NCBI GenBank assembly: GCA_963827275.1
Contig: CAWHAA010000005.1
Span: 160,001 to 224,000 of the forward strand
Reading direction: 5' to 3'
DNA: 64,000 bases
Source: an uncultured Spirochaetota bacterium
GTDB taxonomy: Bacteria > Spirochaetota > UBA4802 > UBA5550
The translations under genes and the position numbers were made by a program. Of the stretch, positions 58,110 through 64,000 are shown piece after piece. The notes beneath the pieces are model-generated. The model saw only the letters and a program-made list of their open reading frames with translations, ran no database searches and was not told where the DNA came from. Within the stretch, counting starts at the first letter, position 1. Each line of letters opens with the position of its first letter.

Positions 58110-60188
58110 TCAGCGGAACTTCACTTTATAACCTTTCGGGACTATCCGGTCTTCCCGGTAAAGGTTGAGATAGAAGCCTATCAATTTCTTAGTCTTCGCG
58201 ATTTCATCCGCAGACATCTCTTTTTGCATGTCGCTTCCCTTCGATGCGTTCCCTTTCGATGCGTCCGCCCTTTTATAGTACTGCCGTTCCGAGAATATCG
58301 AGAGGCCCATGAAGGGATTCGCCAGGTCAAGGCGCATCATGTCAAGGAGCGTCGGAAGCAGGTCCATGCTCACGCACGGCATATCGTTCCTGCCCCCCCG
58401 GTGCGCGCCGCCCGGGAAATAGAGCAGGCACGGGATATAGTCGAAGAAGGGCCGGTAGTGGTCCTCGAAATTTTTCACAAAGCTGATGTACTCCTTGCTG
58501 TTGCCCATCGCATGGTCGGCGGTAAGTATCACCAGGGTGTTATTGCGGTACTTCGATTTCTTGAAATAGTCCCAGAATTTTCCGAAGGCCCGGTCGGTCG
58601 AATGCAGGGCATTGAGCATGTCATTGCCGCCCGCTTCGGGAATGGTGTGCTTGACCTTGAAGGGCGGGTGCGAATTGATCGTCGATATGGTCAGCAGGAG
58701 CGGCCTGTTCCCCGGATATTTTTCCATCCATTCGATGACGTAATCGAAAACGGTATCGTCATCAACCCCGAACCCCCTGTCCATGCTGCGGATATTATCA
58801 ATCGCAAGGCTCTCGCTCCCGTAAAAGTAATCATAGCCCTGCCGCTTCATGAAAAAGTCCTTCATGCCGATGAACAACTCGCTGCCCGCCTGGACGTGGA
58901 TCGTCGTGTAATCCATGGCCTTCGCGATGTCCGAGAGGAAGAGGAAGCGGCACGGTATGGGGATCCGTGTCCCGCCGACATTTTCATCGAGGAGGTAGAT
59001 GGCGGAGCCGAGAGCGGCGATGAGCCCCTTGATCGTGGGGAAGCTCGTATTGAACATGTTCGTGAAGGCGTAGGATTCGCGCTCCATGCCCCTGATGTTC
59101 GGCATGAGACCCGTCAGCCCGTGGATATCGTCCCTGAGAAAAAACTTCGAGAGGGACTCGACGAATATTATGATGATATTGGTGCCGGGCGCGACATACG
59201 GCTTGTTTGCCGCCCTGCGCGCCGGGTCGATATAGATGCTCTGCTTCATGAACGGGTAGTTTTCATCCATTGAATAGAGGAGTGTCCCCCCCTTCCTGAA
59301 TTCCTTTATCATATCCTCATCGAGCTTCTCCGCCGAGGCGCTCATGATATGCGAGAGAAAATAATAACCGATGAGGGAATTGAAAAACTCCTTCTCCGGC
59401 AGGCGGGTGTATATCAGCGGGTCGTCGTTCTTGAGCTTGAAGAACTGCTCTTTCATGGAGTCGAGGGACTTTTTGGTCTTATCGCGGTCCATCAGGGTCT
59501 TTTTTTCAAAGTCGATCCCGGTTTTGCCTCCCGGGCCCGCGCCGGCTGTCTTCGATTCGAGCGCGGCATCCCGCACAAGGCCCCCGGCAAAGACCAGGGT
59601 GATCACCGTCACCCCGACACAGAGGGCAACGAGGAAATTTACGGCGATGACGACGGCAAGCAGTTTCTTTTTCACGGATCACTTCTCCCGGCAGGAATAC
59701 GCATACATTTTTTTCAGTATCCGCACCATCCCGACGAAGAAAAGGATGAAGGCGGCATAGAGCGCGAAAGACTCTTTGGCGACAAGAAAGACCAGCCCGT
59801 CGGTATAGAAGGCATGCGCCCAGAAATTATTATTGATGTGCATACCGCTGAAAAAAAGCGCTCCCCAGTCGAACATGCGGATGATCCCGGAAGCGGTAAA
59901 GACCGCCATCACCAGACCGATGAAAATTTTTTTCACGACCGGCCGTTCTGCGGAGATCATTACCGCGCAGATGACGCCCGCGAAAATAAAGCTCTCCGCA
60001 AGGTAGTACGCGGTACGGGCCAGGAACGGGCCCCGTACGTCAAGCACCGAATAGAACGAGCCGAATGTTATGATGGTATAATGCCACCCGATAAAATAAA
60101 CGGCCAGCAACAGCGTGAGGGCGGCCCCCAGCAGGACCATTGTCCGCTGTTCCCGGAAGACCAGCCGCAGATCATTGATTAATGCGTT
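58110..60188 (-). CDS. LTA synthase / sulfatase-family membrane protein interrupted by an in-frame TGA at 59679-59681
   Basis: TM N-terminal ORF is in frame with the sulfatase ORF (NIIIIFVES, TINSHPPF, LTADH, DLLPT); start approximate. Confidence 0.8.
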
Positions 60189-60539
60189 CATTATCACTAC
60201 CAGGACCAGTATATTTTTCCCTGTCAGTTCGCACCTGCTTCAGCAAAAGCGGCGGTTGCCGACACCGGTTAACATGGCCAGGCCATGGACCGGGCGGCAG
60301 TCTGACAAATAAGTTGACCACCTTTAACCAGCTGGTTAATATAATGCAAGAAAAAAATGCGGGGGCCGTGTGCACCGTACCCCGTTTACTGCGACCATTC
60401 CCCGAACGTGTTGTCCAAAAAAATGATTTGCTTTATAATACCGTTGTGCTATGCTTTTCTTCGAATTGCACAGCGTATCCACGCCTGCAGCAATGCGCGT
60501 TGTCGATACAGCGGCAACAGCGCAAACGGGAACCCGGTG

Positions 60540-60932
60540 ATGGAATACCTCTATACCGTCGAAAACATCAAAATGGCCCTGGGCACCCGGGAGGACCCCG
60601 GGATACCGCTCGCCGCTTGCAGCATATGCAGCGCCCTTCCCGCAAATGTAAGCAAGGTGAATGTTCCGGCAAAGAGCGAGTTCGGCGCATTTCCGAACGA
60701 AGTGGCGAAGCTTGAAGAATTCATCCTGGTAAAATACACCTGGCAGATACTGAAATGTCCCATCTGCGGCAGACTGTATACCGACGAATACCACTACGAA
60801 TCCCTCGTGGGCGGCGGAGAGGACGAGTATCTCATTTCCCGGATAGAATACAATGATGCCCTGGAGCTGTTGAAGGGAATAAAGGCCAAAAAACTGATCC
60901 GGGAGGGCTCACGGTGGCTTGTCTCCTGGTGA
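60540..60932 (+). CDS. Hypothetical protein with two CxxC motifs
   Basis: CSIC and CPICG; start uncertain. Confidence 0.55.
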   Translation: MEYLYTVENIKMALGTREDPGIPLAACSICSALPANVSKVNVPAKSEFGAFPNEVAKLEEFILVKYTWQILKCPICGRLYTDEYHYESLVGGGEDEYLISRIEYNDALELLKGIKAKKLIREGSRWLVSW

Positions 60933-60987
60933 CAGCCGCCAGCCGGCGCGCAATCAATTGAAGCAGAGAAAAACCCGCACACCCCTG

Positions 60988-61404
60988 TTATAGGTTGTAG
61001 TCGCCCGCGGCTTCCGGCTGATACAGGATCTCCTCGATAACGAAATACTGGTCTCCGGATGGATTGTTTTTGATCACCGTGCCGATGGTACTGCCGAGTA
61101 TCTGCGCGCCCAAACCGGACAACACGTTGATTTTCTCCTTTTCGTCTGCGCAGTCATTGGGGAAAACAAGGGAATATACGTACTTCTTTCCGTTGCCGAT
61201 ATTTTTCAGGCGAAACTTCGTGTTCATGGTAACGACATTGGGACGAATCTCATGGGGGTCCACAAGATGCGAATGCTTGAAATCCTTTTTGAGGACATCG
61301 GCATTTTGCACTTCCTGGGTCGAAACAGCGCCCCTGTTCTGGATAATGTCAAAAAGACGCTCGAAATCATAGCGGGAAAAAATTTTACCTTTAGCCTTGC
61401 GCAT
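60988..61404 (-). CDS. rnk: Rnk/GreA-GreB family protein
   Basis: D.ERL, VVTMNT, LVFP, INVLS.LG..ILG, ILYQPEAAGD. Confidence 0.85.
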   Translation of the reverse strand: MRKAKGKIFSRYDFERLFDIIQNRGAVSTQEVQNADVLKKDFKHSHLVDPHEIRPNVVTMNTKFRLKNIGNGKKYVYSLVFPNDCADEKEKINVLSGLGAQILGSTIGTVIKNNPSGDQYFVIEEILYQPEAAGDYNL

Positions 61405-61656
61405 ACCCTCCTCCAAAAAAATCACGCCGGTGTAGATATAAATGGTTGATCATAGAATCGGGAACACTCTGAAGTGCACCGAATAGGTTTGCGCAATATG
61501 ACGGTTCTGTCAACTGGAATATGAAAAAATGGCGATAAAATTCATGGAGGCGGTTAAATTTTACAGCACAGCCGGATTGAAATAATGCGACATAGTGCGG
61601 TACATACAGACGGCCCGGTTGGCCGGGCCGTCATCTGCTGTCACGGCATCGACTGT

Positions 61657-62274
61657 TTATTTCATGATGATAAAATCCGCTGCCGGCACGCCGCAGATGC
61701 CGCAGTTGTCCGGCGCCGTACCGGCTATGGTATTGCCGCACACGGGGCAAACAGCATACGAATCGGCAAGACCGGCAACATCATTTTTCTCCAGCGCGGC
61801 AAGGGCCCCACGGTACAGGACAAGGTGCACCTTTTCGACCTGGAAGGCATAATCAAACGAGCCGGCCGCATCATCCTTTCCCTCATCCTTTGCTTTCTTG
61901 ATGAAATCGGGATACATGCTGTCAATTTCATGGGATTCGCCCTTTATGGCGTCCATCAGGTTTTCTTTGGTGGATTTGACGGTAACTTGCGGGGTTATGG
62001 GATCCATCGCGGCGCCCATCTTATCGAGGACGGCGGTATGCTTCTGCGCATGGATCGCTTCAGCCTTTGAAGCGGCTTCAAATAGTTTTGCGATTTTTTC
62101 AAGTTTCTCTTCTTTCGCCTTTTTCGCATAGGCGGCGTATTTCGCGCTCGCCGTTGTCTCTCCCGTGATTGCGGCTTTCAGGTTTTCAACCGTCCCCGCC
62201 TGTTTTTTGCATCCGGAAACGGCCATCGCTGCGACGGAAAAACAGACAAGGCTGATCAGCAGATAGTTCTTCAT
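61657..62274 (-). CDS. Rubrerythrin with lipoprotein signal peptide
   Basis: Lipobox VSGC; NLKAAITGE..A..Y, EAIH, GE..E...MYP, EKVH, CPVCG..CGICG. Confidence 0.92.
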   Translation of the reverse strand: MKNYLLISLVCFSVAAMAVSGCKKQAGTVENLKAAITGETTASAKYAAYAKKAKEEKLEKIAKLFEAASKAEAIHAQKHTAVLDKMGAAMDPITPQVTVKSTKENLMDAIKGESHEIDSMYPDFIKKAKDEGKDDAAGSFDYAFQVEKVHLVLYRGALAALEKNDVAGLADSYAVCPVCGNTIAGTAPDNCGICGVPAADFIIMK

Positions 62275-62425
62275 GGTATCCTCCAATATAGTAGAATTGC
62301 TGCGAGACCCGGATCCAGCGCCCGTGAAAGCCCGCCAGGGCCCCCGCAAGGGACCTCACCCGTGGTCCGCACAAGAACAGGATCAACATATAATTGTACT
62401 GATATTATTACAAACAAAAAGGCGT

Positions 62426-63056
62426 TCAGGTAAGCATTTTTTTCAGATTATCCATGATATCGGGAATGGGGTCCTCACGATTGCGGGAAAAATGGACCCG
62501 GTGCTTCGATTTCTGGAAATCTGACATGTTGTAGCGCAGTAACTGGGCCGCAATCGCGTTCATCATGAAGGCGATCACATCTATATCGATGTCCTTGCGG
62601 ACCTCCCCCCGGGCGATTCCTTTTTTCAGCACGCTTTTCCATTCAAGCACGCCCTGCCGGTACAGCTCGGACGTGTGATCTGAATACTGGGCATTATACG
62701 GCAGGCTGCTCTCATGCCATAGACAGATCAGCTCCGGCTGTTCACGGCCGATTTTCAGGGACCGCTCAAAGATCGACCGGATATGCGAAAACGTGTCGCC
62801 GCAGTCGCCGAGCGGCTCGAAGGTCTGTGCGCTGCAGATCAATGCCCATCGTTATGATGGTATGGACAAGGTCTTCCTTGGTGGCGAAATAGGTGTAGAT
62901 GGAACCATACGAGACGCCCATCTCCTGCGCGATGTCTTCGATTTTTGCGTTCGAAAACCCCCTGCTCCCCAGTACCTTGACTGAGGCCCCGATAAGCCGC
63001 AGCCGCTTTTCTTCCGGGATATTATCGAAGGTATCCTTGTGGTATTTCTTTTTCAT
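62426..63056 (-). CDS. TetR/AcrR-family regulator, one apparent +1 frameshift
   Basis: TFDNIPEEKR, GF..AKIEDIA..GVSYGSIYTYF.TKEDL; shift near 62832. Confidence 0.85.
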
Positions 63057-63206
63057 ATACGACGGATATCACCCTTTTGCGTTGAATGCCACCTCACAAT
63101 TTGAGCGACAACCATATATTGTCAAGACATTTCACGCGGCGTGGCGGCCGCCTGTTTACGCCCGGCGGAGATCCGGCAATCGCCGCAGGGGGGAGAATAT
63201 ATTTTC

Positions 63207-63235
63207 TTGACAAATACCCGTGACGTTCATAGCGT
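63207..63235 (+). promoter_or_regulatory. Sigma70-type promoter of dedA
   Basis: TTGACA-N17-TAGCGT. Confidence 0.5.
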
Positions 63236-63285
63236 TTCCGGACATTCAGAACTGGGAATGAAAGCATCGCCGCCGGGAGGCCTCA

Positions 63286-63927
63286 TTGGAACTATTGATG
63301 ACATTCGTGGATATTATCCTCCATGTGGATAAATACCTTGACCTAATAATCAAGACGTTCGGCGTCTGGTCGTACGTGATCCTGTTCGTCATCGTCTTCT
63401 GCGAAACCGGGCTCGTGGTGACGCCCTTCCTGCCGGGGGATTCCCTGCTCTTCGCGGCGGGCGCGCTGGCGGCCATCGGGTCCTTTGATGTTACGCTGCT
63501 GGTCGTGCTGTTCGCCTCCGCCGCAATCATCGGCGACAACGTGAACTACTGGATAGGCCACTTCGTGGGGCCGAAGATATTTCACAAGGAGAACGTCCGG
63601 TTCCTCAACAGGAAGCACCTGGACCGTACGCATGAATTCTACGAAAAACACGGCGGCAAGACCGTTATCCTGGCGCGGTTCATACCCATCATCCGGACCT
63701 TCATGCCCTTCGTCGCAGGGCTGGGCAGGATGAAATACCCGCGTTTTCTCGCCTACGATATTACCGGCGGCATCCTCTGGCCTGCGATCTTCGTGCTCTC
63801 GGGATACTATTTCGGCAACCTGGCTATCGTAAAAAAATATTTCTCGCTCGTGGTGATCGCGATAATACTGATCTCCGTGATGCCGATCCTCTACCATGTA
63901 ATCCGCATGCGGCTTAACAAGGAATAA
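63286..63927 (+). CDS. dedA: DedA-family membrane protein
   Basis: FCETGL..PFLPGDSLLF.AG, GDNVNY, ARFIPIIRTF.PF.AG. Confidence 0.95.
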   Translation: MELLMTFVDIILHVDKYLDLIIKTFGVWSYVILFVIVFCETGLVVTPFLPGDSLLFAAGALAAIGSFDVTLLVVLFASAAIIGDNVNYWIGHFVGPKIFHKENVRFLNRKHLDRTHEFYEKHGGKTVILARFIPIIRTFMPFVAGLGRMKYPRFLAYDITGGILWPAIFVLSGYYFGNLAIVKKYFSLVVIAIILISVMPILYHVIRMRLNKE

Positions 63928-64000
63928 CCGCGCGCCGTCCCCGTCGGTCCGGATACGCGGACCAATTACCCGCACCGCTACAAGATGATTATCACCCGTC

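Noticed and set aside
59679..59681. Selenocysteine codon
   Set aside because: No SECIS-like hairpin, and the position is an inter-helix linker rather than a catalytic Cys site
212..63975. Many long antisense or alternate-frame ORFs in the track (e.g. 46013-47356, 58074-59273, 315-1130)
   Set aside because: Shadows of real genes, caused by high GC at third codon positions

Overview
GC-rich bacterial chromosomal segment. It is inferred to come from a Spirochaetota member with Leptospira-like features (FlaB-type flagellins, membrane AraC plus FadL pair, spirochete-type receiver and TPR/bactofilin genes), probably an anaerobe. Most of it is housekeeping: glpK, ilvE, argH, panB, purN/purO/purH, folE, queC, hisF, glyQ. 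It also carries a flagellar filament locus (two flagellins, flaG, fliD), a NarL-type two-component pair and a complete QrcABCD-like respiratory complex. Seven genes, including the essential glyQ, are broken by about 12 apparent +1 insertions, most likely long-read errors. The most unusual signals are non-coding and cluster at 21.8-26.2 kb. (i) The first flagellin gene is bracketed by complementary 16-bp arms, each next to an rRNA-type boxA-like motif, reminiscent of a pre-rRNA processing/antitermination layout. (ii) There is a 188-bp-period BIME-like array of inverted REP-like motifs. (iii) An orphan promoter with a palindromic box points into an ORF-free gap that is partly complementary to the flagellin leader. 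Other oddities are a lipoprotein-anchored rubrerythrin, a stand-alone MshEN-like protein, a pseudo-receiver, and an in-frame TGA in an LTA-synthase-family gene. No CRISPR, rRNA, tRNA or transposase was recognised.
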